Source of the DNA: Isurus oxyrinchus
Lineage: Eukaryota
NCBI GenBank assembly: GCA_026770705.1
Contig: JANJGN010000041.1
Location: 5,456,001-5,520,000, forward strand
Length of the DNA: 64,000 bases
Reading direction: 5' to 3'
Below, piece after piece: positions 1-12,829 of this stretch. Made by a program: the position numbers and the translations under genes. Each line of letters opens with the position of its first letter. Position 1 is the stretch's first letter. Below the pieces are notes generated by a model. That model worked only from the letters and a program-made list of their open reading frames with translations. It searched no databases and was not told the origin of the DNA.

Positions 1-329
1 TAAGCATTGCCGGAATCCCCTGTGGCTTTGGCAAACCCACATTGCCATGTTACATGGTGGCGCTGACAGAGGGACATTGGAGCATAGGAAATTCGAGTAT
101 GAGTTGACCATTTGGCCGCACGACGGTGCTCCACTACCCAATTATATCATCGCTTAAATTATGCCTCCACGACATTCCTCGCACTATCTCATATCTTTGG
201 ACGCATTTACTATTGTGAAATCAGTTCATTGACACATTCAACATACTCAATGATTGCCAATCCACGGAGGTTGCAGTACATAATTTCGAACATTTACCCC
301 TCCCTGAGTGATGAATTCTTCCTAAGACC

Positions 330-1210
330 AGTTCTAAATGCAGACCTCTTATTCTGATATTGCTTTTCAGGGTTTTAGGCACCCCCAACAGGGGAACAAT
401 CCAGGCAAATCTACACCAACGAAATTTATAAGAACGATGGATGCTTCAGTGAGATCAATTTTCATGTGCCAATGCTCCAGAAAGCAGAAGATGAGTCTCG
501 TCAATGTCTCCACATAGGACAATCCCAGCGACCTTAATGTAATCCAAGAGGTAATGTGTTGAACATTCCTTGTCGCAGAGCTACAACAGCACCTAATGAA
601 ATCCACACAAAAGGGGCAAAGTAGATGCTTTACTGGAAGCACGAACATCACCATAAACATTCCACATGAATATTGCAGATTTGGGTAATCGCTGGCTTGG
701 GGTTACAAATTATTCTTGTGCACAAATCAGCTAACGCTGTTGGTCCACAGTGCCTCGTGAATGCCCTGTTTTGAGTGGTTTATCAAGGTGAATTGTACGC
801 CATTTAGCACAATGATTGTCTCACAAAATACAATCGAGAGAAGCCCTGATGTGAAGGCGGAATTTGTCTGAACAAGTACCGTGCGGCGGTTATTCCTATT
901 AATCCTTTAATGAACAGATGCACCTGTGGTGGGTATGTTGGTGGACCGAATTTACATAGAGTTTTGCACCTGCGTTGTTCCCTGATCACCTGCCAAAGAC
1001 CCAGTCTAGCATTTACATTTATGGACTGGCCAGCTCGAAAATTAATGGCTCAACTGATCCTCTCTTGCTCACAGACATCGAGGTCCGCATTGTGAAGCAT
1101 TTTTCTTTCCCTGTCATTCCCCAAAAGATCATCGATCCATCCACTGAGGGGAAAGGGAGGTGGTCAGCAGGAGGGGATATTCTTTGCCCATGTGTTTCAT
1201 GATATCATGA
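330..1210 (-). mobile_element. Degenerate CR1-clade LINE endonuclease-region fragment
   Basis: Minus-strand translation remnants (…LIFCFLEHWHMKIDLTEAS…, GLWQVIRE…) resemble the AP-endonuclease region of a CR1-clade LINE. The paralogous copy is at ~48960-49830. Confidence 0.55.
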
Positions 1211-3522
1211 GATTTCATTTAAATACCACGTGCTCTCAAGGATATGAAAAGTGATGCACACTGAAAGTGTTGCAAAATGGTATTTAGGAATCAGTAATAC
1301 AATTGAGCAATACCGAGAAATTCACATGATATTTCACCGTTTAGATCAGACAATTTCACTCAGATGTTTGCTGATGATTCATATGAACTTTAAAAGCTTT
1401 AAGAGGAATTACTCAGATAAGGATAAACATCTTGAATCATTAAATCTACGGAATGATTGCAAATCAAACTGTCTGCTTTGTCTTGGAATAAGTCAATATT
1501 GTTGAATTATATTAGAGCGTAAATCATCCAGACAGGTGTAGCATATTCCATCATACGCCTGATCTGAGTATTTAAATGAAGGAAAGGTTTTGGAGAGTCA
1601 GGGGGTGCTTTGCTCACAACAGCATTCTCAGATTCTGACCTGCCCTTCTAGTCACAGTTTCTTGTCAATTGTTTGTCCAAGGATGGTGAAATTGGCTTCT
1701 TAAGCGATGGTGATGTCATTAAAACTCAAGGACATTTTGATGGATACTCCTTCGGTTCAGTTGGTCATTGCCTGTCAATTTTGTGGGATGCAAATTACCT
1801 GTCGAATTTCAGCATAAGTTTGGCTATTGCCCAGGTATGGATGGACATGGGCATGGATGTTATTAGCATAAGTTGTGTCGCGAATGGCGCTGAACTTTGA
1901 ACAATTATCAGCGGACACAACCTTCTCCCAGTAGCCCACACCCTACCCACCACACCAAACCTCTTTCTGTGTTTTAAATGGAAATAATTTCATTGATGCA
2001 GCAGCTTAAGATGGCTGCGCTCAGAGCACTGCCCTCAGGCTCTCGTCAAGTTATGTAATGGGAAACAAAGAATAAAGAAAAAAAAATCCTTTTCACTTGA
2101 TATGACTTCAAGCACTGGGGACTTTGCTCCTTTTTCTTATTGACTAAAATTCCGATAGCCCTCCTTTACACCATAGTGTGACAGCTGTTGTCTTGATATA
2201 AAACACTGCTCCTCTCTTCTCACCTTATGAGTACAGCACTTTTGAACATGTTTCAACCAAGGTTGAACCGAGAGTTGGAGTTCACACGAAGCAAGAAGTG
2301 AGCGTCAGTGAGCAGTTTACTGTGAGTACCTGGCGATTGAAAGCATTGTCCATGAGACTTTTCATCACTTTGATCATGATGAAGTGTAGGCAGACGGTGC
2401 TGTAATTAGATTGCTTGGATTTGGCGTGTGTTTTTGTGGATAGGCATGTCTGTGAAAATGCTGACATTTTTGCATCGATGCCAGTATTTTAGAAGCACCA
2501 TACGAGCTTCGATAAAGTAGTCTTATTCAGGAGCACTGATCTCCCATACTATTGGCATTGTCTAAAATTACCCTTAGCCTCTGCATCATCCAGATCCTTC
2601 TGTCATTCCTTAAATTCGAGTGCTGAGAATCACATTGTATTACGCCTGGCATCTGTGTTGCTTTTTATCCAATGGAGGAGGCTGGGATGGTTCATCCACC
2701 CGTCACTTCAGGGTGAATGTGGCTGCAAATTCTTCAGCCATGTATATGCACTGGTGCACAGTGCTACACAGTCATTTCCGATGGGGATATTGGTGGTGAT
2801 CCGTCCACCAGTGAGTTGCAGAATTTTCCACCGCCATTCAAGGCGACTGTGACTTGACTTCAGAGCAAGCTATCGTTACTTGGTAGGGCGATCAATGAGC
2901 CCTGCTTTTCTGATGCTGAATACGCTGTTTTGCCTGCAAGTAGCCTTGTCTTAAAATTCAACAGGTGTAGCCGTGTTGTTAGGAATGGTCACTGTTGCTG
3001 TGGACATATGACAGATGTCGACAAAGTTCCTTCATTTGTGCACTTGACCTCGAATGCATGGAAGGACAACAGCAGAAGAGGCATGGGAACACTCTTAATT
3101 ACAAAGTCCTTTCCATGTCTCGCACCAAGTGGACTTGGAGATGTATCACCATTCCTTGACTGTCACTGGATCAAAAACCTGGAAATCCATCACTCGTAGC
3201 ATTTTGTCTGCACCCGCTTCATATGGACTCCAAAGCTAGAAACACCTTATTTTCAAGAAGAATAATTGAAAACAGGAATAAAATTACTAATCTTGTCAAT
3301 ATATCCAAAGAAAAAAAAAATCCATGATGAACGAGTTATGAAGAGTGATATTCTTTTTGTATTGAAATGACGGCCCTGGCTTTTGCTTTTTTTCGAGCTC
3401 AACAAAGAATAACTACAATATCCATGTTTAAATGTAAATTATTTCGGACAATACTGGTCCCAAACTGAGAATGTATATTTTGAATTCACTCCTGAATATC
3501 CAAATCTTTAACCAAAAAAATT

Positions 3523-4223
3523 GGCTGAAATTTTCGTCCACATTTCATACCTCTCCCCCACCCTCTAAAGGCCCGACTCCCCATCACCCACCCACCTCCA
3601 AAATGCCGAATCGGCACGCAGATCAATGACATGCATCGGGTATAATCTTGTCAGTTACATGAACCTCCCCGGTTTCAGATGGAGAACAGTTACAAGTTAC
3701 TAATTAGCCACTTATTGAGTTTCTGAACGACACAACCGAATGTTTTCTTGATTCGTGCCTTGCATTTGCCGTGGCCCAGACGAGAGAGAAAACATATTTC
3801 TGTGCAGCTACCATCAGACCAGAATCGCGTGGAAGAGAGGTTCTGCGTCCGGGTCCATGATTAAATGTCGCAACAGATGGTGCTGGGGAAGGTGGCAGCG
3901 GTTTCAGGATTACTTTTCACTTTTCTTGTTTCTTGCCTGAGCTTTCAACAAAAAATATTTTTGGCAAAACCGTTTCTGAGATCAAGTGGTCTTGAGCTTG
4001 CAGCCATACCGACTTCCTGTTCACAACATTACACTCTGTAGCAGGATGTTCAGGCTTTCACTGCCGATTGGACGCATACCCTATTGTGCATCACTCATTG
4101 CCTCTTCACAGTGGCAATTTAATTAATTGTGGAGCTGGAGATGGTCTATGGGAGAGTGTGGAGGGAAAGGGCGAATTTTACATTTCTCCAATCTCACCTG
4201 CCTAAAAACGTAAAATCCATGCC
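3523..4223. mobile_element. MITE-like non-autonomous DNA element with imperfect terminal inverted repeats
   Basis: Starts ggctgaaattttcg and ends cgtaaaatccatgcc. The paralog at 51263-51968 starts gcctggaattttcg and ends tgtaaaatccagacc. No coding capacity. Confidence 0.45.
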
Positions 4224-7200
4224 ACTGTCTACTTATTATAATGATTCTGTATGATTTTAAATCACGATTACGTTTTGCACCTGCACCGGAGGATCTGTGT
4301 CACTTCTCTAGTGTAACTGCTGCTGACTGTATACTTAATTTGCTAGGTAAATAGTGGATAATCGTTTGGATAGGTCACTATTTAATTAGGTAGATAATTG
4401 GGTGCTTCATTCCTGCGCAACTTCAATGTTTAATTCGGAAAGAAATCTGGAAATATACTGATAATTTATTGGATAACAGTTTGGATAATGAATTTGTTCA
4501 AACATTGGCTGCTTCATTGTATATTTTTTTTTCAATTACTCTATATTTGAACCTGTTTCCTTATTTAGAGTGTGGCCAGAACAGTTTAAAGTGATGATAA
4601 TTTGGCGAACAATCTTTGTATATTTCACAATAGCGCACAGATAATTATGCCTCTCAGTTTAAATGCATGTCATTGTCGGAATATAAATATTCGGTTTGCT
4701 CAAATAATAATAGGTATTGGGTAAATGAAGGTAAATTTTCATTTTTGACATTTATTTCAGCTGCAGCTGTGTCAAAATAGCTTTGATTAATAATGCTTCC
4801 ACCTTTTCCAGTTCAACCTACATTCCTAACAGAAACCCAAAGTTTAATTTTGATCTATTGCCTAGCGTTTTCAAGGCTGTTTGTGATTACCTTTGACAGC
4901 TCCATTAAGTCCATCAATATTTGATGCTTGCATTCGAGTTAGAGAATTGTGAATTGGGGGCTGCCAACTGGGCTGTGTATGTAATGCAAAGAGATACTTG
5001 CTTTTTTTTATGTGTGGTCAAACATTGCCAATTTGCAATCTGATCCAAAAATGTAAAAAAACTATTTATCTTTATCCGACTATTTTGCATTACTTCATTC
5101 AAAGTTCATCTGAATCATTAACCAACAACATATTGAAATAACATGATCCAATATGTTAATTAACCACCCGTTTATAGACCATCAATGCATTGTTATTTCC
5201 CTACATTGAAGTTTGCGAAAAATCTACGCTCAGTCTGCACCATGTTGCATAGCCTGGAAAACAGTTGATAATTGAAATAACTCTCTATCTACTCATCCCA
5301 TTGTTTTGCGCATGTGCATTATCCATTCATTAATCTGTGCCTTCCAAATCTGACCGCGGATTTCGGTCGGAAAGCTATTCAGCACCCTTGAAGGAACCAT
5401 GACATCCTCTCCTATAGCAGCGCCAGCAGAACTAAAGACAAAATTTCGGCAGCGAGCCGATTACCCACTTTCGATAATAATTCAAGGTAGAGTTATTTAA
5501 TTTGATTTTAAATGCCGAAAATAATCTAGTAAACGTGTGCATCAAGTTATTACATATCTAGCAGCTACAAATTAGTTCAGAAATATTCACTTAGAAAATA
5601 TAATCTTCAAAATTCAAATGGACATTCACTATCTAAAGAACAGAAAACATAATGCAACCGTCATTATCTGAGGCTCACATCAATTACGCTTAACTTATAT
5701 AGATGATTGGGTTTCATCAGTAATCAGTATAAATGTCTGAAGTTAATCTTGTGGAAAATAATGCAGCATTGAATAACGGCGTTAATTCTCGAAAAATGTT
5801 CGTGCATTTTGAAAAAAAATATGCATTTTAACAAATAATGCTAAGATTCATGTGTTTTATGAACCTGGCCAATCTGAAATGAAATAAGCTGTAGAGGATG
5901 TTAATTTAAACATGGGTGTGATAGGTGTAATGTCTCTTTCGTCAGTTTATCGACAATTCGTAATTTCACTTTTCTGAACATATATTAGTTTAAAGATTCA
6001 AATTGATGTCCCCATCACCTTCAATCTTTATCACGATCTTTCGCACTTGATGCCCAGCAGAAATCAATTTTCAGCTTCATATTTAAAATCACTTCGCACG
6101 GATGCTGTGCTTGAGATGCCCTTTCTGCCCTTTCGGCAATAAAGTGAATGGTTTTGCAGCCGATCAATTAATGGGAACTCTGTCCTGTCTACTAGGAAGT
6201 AAAACGCTAGTTATGACCTCAGTACAATCACATCATCGAATTGGTCATTAACTTTGCCTTGCAAGAAATGTGCCCCTATGGCCAATAAACATTGCCCACT
6301 CAATCTGATAGCAATGTCACCGTTCCCACTCCGCCATTAAATTGCCCTATTGATCAGGACTGACTCCACTCATTCTGCATAGCAATGTTGCTTCACGCCT
6401 TCTGCAATGAATTAGCGATGCATTCACCTGAAATAATCCTGCACAATGCCCAGCCAGCATATCAATCTTACATTACTCATTCTGACTTAAAACACATGCC
6501 TGATCAGCTCTCATTCATGAATAAAACTTCTCGCTGTGAACCTGCATAGGAATGTCACTTTGTACTGATTGTCATTGTACCGCCACCGTGATAACTGCAG
6601 TGTAAACTTGCATTCAGCCTTGTCTATGCTGTCTTTTATGTAGCTCAGTGACCATTTTCTGGTCGTATGTTTTTGCCATCCATCTTTCATCCTCTCAAGC
6701 ATTCAGAGTATGTTCGTGCCACTGGACAATATTTTACCTTCAAGCTGGATGTCCTGTAGCACAGTAATGCTTCCCAGTATTTATCACATCTGTAGACCAC
6801 CCATATGCATTGCACCAATACCTCTTCCAGAGTATAAGTCAACTTGGCACAGATACTATTTTGCGCATTAATTTCCCATTTCACATTGTACCAACACACA
6901 TGAATTGCCACTTTACACCTCCCATTTACCTTCTATTATTCACGATGCCCAGCCATTTGTTTGCTTTCAAATTTTCCAGGTCACATTCGCCCTCAGTAAT
7001 CTCAATCATTACTAAACAATAGTTGCCTAGTTTACTTTGAATATGGTCATTTCAAATTACGAATTATCAACTGAGGTTTTCCTTCCCTATCCACTTTGAT
7101 TCGGTCCAGTTTAAATTTAGAACATGCTCGCCTCGGAATGCAGACTGTGCATATTTGGGTTGAAAGCACAATCCTTTGCTGCAACAGGAACAAAATTAAT

Positions 7201-7251
7201 AATGTTCATTTGTGTCGTCTATCTCTTGCTCTCTTTATCCCTCTCTTACAG

Positions 7252-8153
7252 TTAATCTTGTTGCGATTGTGATTCTTTCCCGAGGAAACTGTGGCCTTTC
7301 CAAATGTATTAGCTACTATATGATCGCCATGGCCGTGGCAGATCTCCTGGTTGTTTGTGCTGAAGTCATACTGAAAAATACGCTGGATATTTATTTCCCT
7401 GTTTTATTCTTGACCACGAGCACGGTGTGCCCTCTAACTGTGATTCTGACTTACGCAGTCATATCAGCCTCTGTCTGGTTAACAGTGGTGTTCACCTTCG
7501 ATCGTTTTGTGGTCATATGTTGTAAGAAGCTGCGAAAAAATTATTGCACAGGGACAACAGCGGTAGCTGTCACATCAGTGGTGAGTGTGTTGAGTTGTTT
7601 GATAAACATTCCCTGGTACTTTGCGTTTGAAACTGCATATATAATGGACAATGTAAATCGTGGTTGTGTCCTAACACAGAATTTTTTCATTTCTGCTGAA
7701 TGGGCCGCATTTGACTTGTTTACCATTATCATGACGCCATGTATTCCATTTATCCTAATTTTGTTGCTAAATGTTTTGACGGCTAGACGTATTTTGCTGG
7801 CCAGTAAAGTTCGCAGATGTCTCCGCGTTTGCAACAAGGATTCTGAAATAGAAAGCCGAAGAACGTCCATTATTTTACTCTTCAGTATAACCGGGAGCTT
7901 TATATTGCTCTGGACAACTCCGGTTATATATATTATCTCTTTGCATGTAACAGTCACATCGAATTCTGGCGCACATGCACTTCAGTCACTTGGATCCATG
8001 CTTGGGATCCTCAGTTGCTGCACAAATACATTCATTTATGTGCTGACACAGGCTAAGTTTAGGAAGGAGCTGAAGAACGGAATGCAGTATCTTGTGAAAT
8101 TGGGCATAAAATTAGGCAAATTACAGTGGAGTACCCGTTCACCATTTCAGTAG
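7252..8153 (+). CDS. Orphan class A GPCR, GPR139/GPR142-like (gene A), main coding exon; first coding exon predicted upstream of the window
   Basis: Open 7TM frame: TM1 end VNLVAIVILSR, TM2 MAVADLLV, TM3 FTFDRF, TM4 INIPWYF, TM6 SFILLWTTP, TM7 SCCTNTFIY, helix 8 KFRKELK. Polypyrimidine tract plus AG acceptor (ctctcttacag|tt) at 7250-7251, phase 1. Stop TAG at 8151-8153. Confidence 0.9.
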
Positions 8154-8329
8154 GACATGAGGTTTGTGCCTTGAATGAACTCATGTTAGGAAAATGCTTG
8201 TAACAACGTTGAAGCATTCTGCATAAAATGATATCCTACTAAAAATGTTCATTTATACTATAATGTCAAACTGAACTCATTTTCACAGTGTACAGTATTC
8301 AATGCTGATTTGTATGTTGTGATAATATT

Positions 8330-8345
8330 AATAAATGATAATAAA
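8330..8345 (+). promoter_or_regulatory. Candidate polyadenylation signals of GPCR gene A
   Basis: Two AATAAA (8330, 8340) about 180 nt after the stop, kept at the homologous position in gene B (56539, 56549). Confidence 0.45.
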
Positions 8346-9759
8346 ACGTACTGAACCTCCACTGTTAGCTGTGCAGAGATTGAAAGGGTGAATTGTGATG
8401 CCAGCTGCTGACAGCCTGGTGTTCATTGGAACAGTTGTTCTTATCAACATAAGAACACCCCAAACATCAGCAGCTGCATCACGATAACTCGACAAATGTA
8501 ACATAGACAAACATCAGGAATTTCCTACAATCTACTCTGGGCCAAATAGTACATAGGGGGAATTTTCAGAACATGTTTCATGAAGTCTGGCACCCTGCAA
8601 ATATCGGACAGTTGCACAATGAGCTGCTTCTCCAAGTTCCATATACCTCAAACGATTGAAACAAGGAAGGCCTGGTCATCACGTGTTTTGTTAAAAGTCG
8701 GGTATTGACGCAATTGATCACACATTCCCACGATCCATAGTGCACAGAGACGACACCATATAATGGATTCAAAACTTTTAAATGCGATTACCCTACGATT
8801 CATTTGAAAGCACAAATGAAATCATACTTGTTTTTGCACGATTAATGGGACTACCTCCTCCCCACATGTTCATTCACAACACTCTCTGTCTCATGTTATC
8901 TGGTCCTTTCACACATACAGCCTTCAAATGGCTGTTATCATATTCTCGAATGTTTTAATATGTTTGACTTTATAGCCACTCATCAATGTAGTGTATGACG
9001 CTTCGACCAGGTATCAGCACGATTTCCCAGCCAAGAAACGTCTGATCACACGTGGCCCTCCCACCAACTTACGTCTTTGTATACCTATGCATATTGAATG
9101 TGAAAAAATGTAACGCAATTGTTCTCGTCGCATATTCTTATCATTTACCTAACTTAAATGCCATTCGTAGAAAGCAACCATTGACAGGCTACAGCACAGA
9201 AGCAGACTATTTGAACCGTCCTTTCCTTACTGTGTCTCTGCAGGAAGATGCAGGCGGCAGCCACTCTTCCAGCTTCTCCCTATCATCTGGGTCATTCGTT
9301 TTTCTCAGATTTAAAATTCAAAATCCTCTTGATCATTATTAGTTACCCACTCCAAACACCGGGTATAATGATTGGCCAGAACAACTGCCAGTTAAAGCAT
9401 CATTATAGAAACCCACAACCGCTGTCATTGAATAAATAAACATTAAAAACAAGACAGATTCGGTCATGGCATGAGGGGCATAGCTGGCACGAAGAGCAAT
9501 TATTGTCAATCTTTAATTGCTCTTGCAGCAAATAATATGTGCTCCATCCTTCTGAGCAGCTGCAGTGCTTCTGATATCTTCGCCCTGGCTGCTTAGGGCC
9601 TGAATTACTAATTGCCCAGATCACCGGCTCAGCTAGCACTCTTTTCTAAATGTTTAATCTGGCTTTTCGGCAACAGGACTTTCTATATATGCAACCCGAC
9701 TGTTCAGCTTCCAGTTCTTTCTGTTCCTGAAGGAACCTAAGTTCCACAAAGTAATGCCA

Positions 9760-10695
9760 CGACTCAACACTGTTTAGGTCCTTCATCAATGACCTCCTCT
9801 CCAGCTTAAGGTCGGAAATGGGGATGTTCGCTCATGATTCCACAATGTTCAACACAATTCATGATTCCTGAGATAATGAGGTTGTCCATTGCCAGATGCA
9901 GCATGTTCAGGCTTCGGCTCACAAGTGGAAAATGACATTTACAGCATACAAGTATCAGGCAATGACTATCTCCAAAATAGAATATCAAACCATTGCCCGT
10001 CAACATTAAATTACATTACCATAGCCGAAAATCGTACTAGCAGCATTGCAGTGGATATCATTGACCAGAAACAACATAACTGGATTGGCCAATAAATACA
10101 ACGTTTACAAATGCAGTTGAGATGCCAGGAATCCTGCAGCGAATAACACAAGTGTTGAAACCCAAATTCCGTTCCACCATTTACAAGACAGGAATTTCAT
10201 GGTATACTCTCTACTTGCTGGGATGCATGCAGCTCCAATATTAGTCAAGAAGCATGATAGCATCTGGGATAAATCAGCCAGTGATTGACACCACATCAAT
10301 GAACGTTGACACTCTCCACCACTGATGAACAATGGCAGCAGTGCTTAATATCTGCAAGGTGCGCGGCAGGAATTCTGGAAATCAACTTGGACCATTCAGT
10401 CCAAACCCACGAAGGATAATGGGCAGCAGGTTTATGCGAACACGACTATTTGGAAGTTCCCCTCCAAACTACTCACCAGCTTGATTTGAAATGATATTCC
10501 TGTCCCTTCCTTGTCATCGTGTCAAATTCCAGGAACTCCATCCCCAAGGGCACTATGCGTGCAGAGTGGCCAGAGGGACTGCTGCGGTTCAAGAAGGCAG
10601 CTCCACACCACTTTCTCTAGGGTACTTATGTCTGGGCATTAAACACTTGCGAACGACTGGCACCAACATCCTCTTAACGAATAATAATAAAATAT
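9760..10695 (+). mobile_element. Degenerate CR1-clade LINE 3' portion (RT C-terminus and 3' tail)
   Basis: Remnants RSEMGMFAHD (YADD-like region) and IIDQKQHNWIGQIN, ending in an A-rich tail at ~10680-10695. Paralog at ~57880-58830. Confidence 0.65.
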
Positions 10696-11489
10696 AATTG
10701 TCCCTCTGGCTGCACAGCTACTGCGCTTCCCATTTTTCCAGTCTGTCAGCTCTGTTCTACTATAACCAAATCACTTTCCTAGCTAATACTTACTGCTTCT
10801 TATAAAACTAACCTCTTGCTATTTAGCTCCCGGACTTTTATAAATCTCTGCTCTGGGGGAAGAGTGCCTTTTACCTTCCAATCTGTGTTTTGATTATCTA
10901 AGGCACGCTTTTTTTATCTCTGTTATGGGGGTGTAGCCCCTTTCTAATCTTTGCTTTTAATATCTCTCTCTAGCTCTTTTTAAATTGCTCCTCTGGCCAC
11001 TCAGCTTCCGCTCTTTTTACATATCTGCCATAGTGCCTCAACTACTCCTCTTTCTAAAAAATATCACCTGTTCGTGCACAGCTCCCAGCTCGCTCTAAAT
11101 CTCTGCTCTCACTGTTCAGCTGCAGCAGTAAAAGAATAATTAAACCTGCCCTGACTGCCAAGTGTCTAGCCCGGAATTGGAGACTGTTGAGTTTAATTAA
11201 GAATGATCACTGGTTTGTAGCACCACCGTATCTGAGGAAGTGGGCAAAATCTACAAAGGTTGAAAATAGTGAATTCTTCTGACGCACCTCCCACTGAAGA
11301 TTTAACATATGGTCCAGCAAATTCGCTAGATGTATTCAAAAAAAAAGACGATAGTTATTACAGTAAGGAGGGAGTTTGTGAAAATCATCGGAAGTGCCTA
11401 TGTCGTTCCAAATGATGATGAGAACGAAATTTTCAGCAGATCTAAAAGCACTGGAAATGTTAAACGGAGAAAGGGTTGAAACAAATTGC

Positions 11490-12760
11490 CTGCTTTACAC
11501 GAAAAATCGCTGATGAAACCTTTTCATTCTGCTGCAAATTATACGTCATAGAAACCACATGCAGATTATGCAAGGAATGCGGCAGTGTCTGGAATCATCT
11601 CAGTGATAGATTGCAATGTCATCGAATTATCTAAGGACAATATTCAAAGCGCAACAAAATGAATTGAAAGAAAGCGAATGATCCCAGAAATGGAGGTACT
11701 GGATGTGGAAGCACAGAGATATATAAACAAGGTGAGGATTAATGACAAACAACGTTGACAGGCATTATTGCAGCCGTTCAGTTCTAGATGAGCAGATCTC
11801 AGAGTTTTTTCGGACACCTGCAAGGCTTTTTGAGCACACCATTGAATCATTTCTGGGAATAATTGCCATTGGAGCTAACTTCGACCCTCTGATGCATGGA
11901 TATGCCCCATGCAGCATAAAGTAAATATACTCCTGACCATTTTCTTGGAACTCGTATTCAAAATGAGCTAATTTCGATGATGACATTGCAGGTGAAGAAA
12001 TTGAACTTTATTGTAAACGTGAAGGCTGCAATACACCTTGCGCTTCTTCTTGTCATTACCCCTGGTCTGACTGATGAAGATCAGTTATTCCTTGTGCTTC
12101 GTTAGCTTGATCTGTTTTCTGAAGATGTGAATCCAAGGGAGGATTTGATTCATTCTCTGATGATTCAAAACAAAATTTAGTAAGGCCTTTCTGTTTCTCT
12201 CAATGATGCGCCAAATGGGCTTGGCCTTCGCATCACTGTGAGAGGCAGGGACTCAACAATCTGGTAAATATTAAGGATCAGAAACGAGGCGTACAGGCCT
12301 GCCCACTTCAACACAACCGTTGAAGCTTTTTAACCCCATGAGGCTGCCACAACTTATCTCTGGTATTGGAAGAAACAGCAAACTGTAGTTCTAAACAATG
12401 AAATTGTTTTGGAGTTGTGCAGGGAAATTAAAGAATTATTACAGTTTGAAACAACAAATGACATATATTGAGAGCGGAAGCTTCCTGGATAATGTTAAAG
12501 TCATTGTCAGACTGTTGGTGGAATGTCTAGTATAGAGTGGAAATGCAATATGTTACCAAACAGCTGATATCAGGAAGGCATTGATTACAGTTACTGAAGA
12601 ATGTGGCAACTCAGCGTTAAAATAGAGACTTAGTCCATGATCAACTACGAAGTTAAAGGTTTCGAATTTTGCTTGGCAATGGTTGAGTGGCACAACAGCA
12701 TATTCGCCAGAAGCATCGTGACCCAGAATATTTAATACTTCGATATGCAGCTTTGTGGGG
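11490..12760 (+). mobile_element. Fossil hAT-superfamily (Tip100/ZMYM1-like) DNA transposase
   Basis: Frameshifted remnants match hAT transposase motifs: IIAAVQFL, FLGIIAIGANFDPLM, DHFLGTRIQNELISM, C-RGQG..N..NIK.QKRGVQA, GCHNLSLVL, FEFCLAMVEW. Many stops. Confidence 0.8.
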
Positions 12761-12829
12761 CTTTAGCATTTCAGAGGGAAGGCGAAAATGAAAAGCAGGC
12801 TCCGTAGCACTCGTAATAAGCTAAGATAT

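Noticed and set aside
7212-7251. ORF-track N-termini of the GPCRs (7212 and 55346 starts)
   Set aside because: These are non-ATG starts that translate the intronic polypyrimidine tract. The true N-terminus comes from a spliced upstream exon.
7541-7957. Antisense ORFs over the GPCR exons (also 55645-56031 and 56041-56244)
   Set aside because: Shadow frames of hydrophobic coding sequence with no recognisable domain, and their boundaries differ between paralogs.
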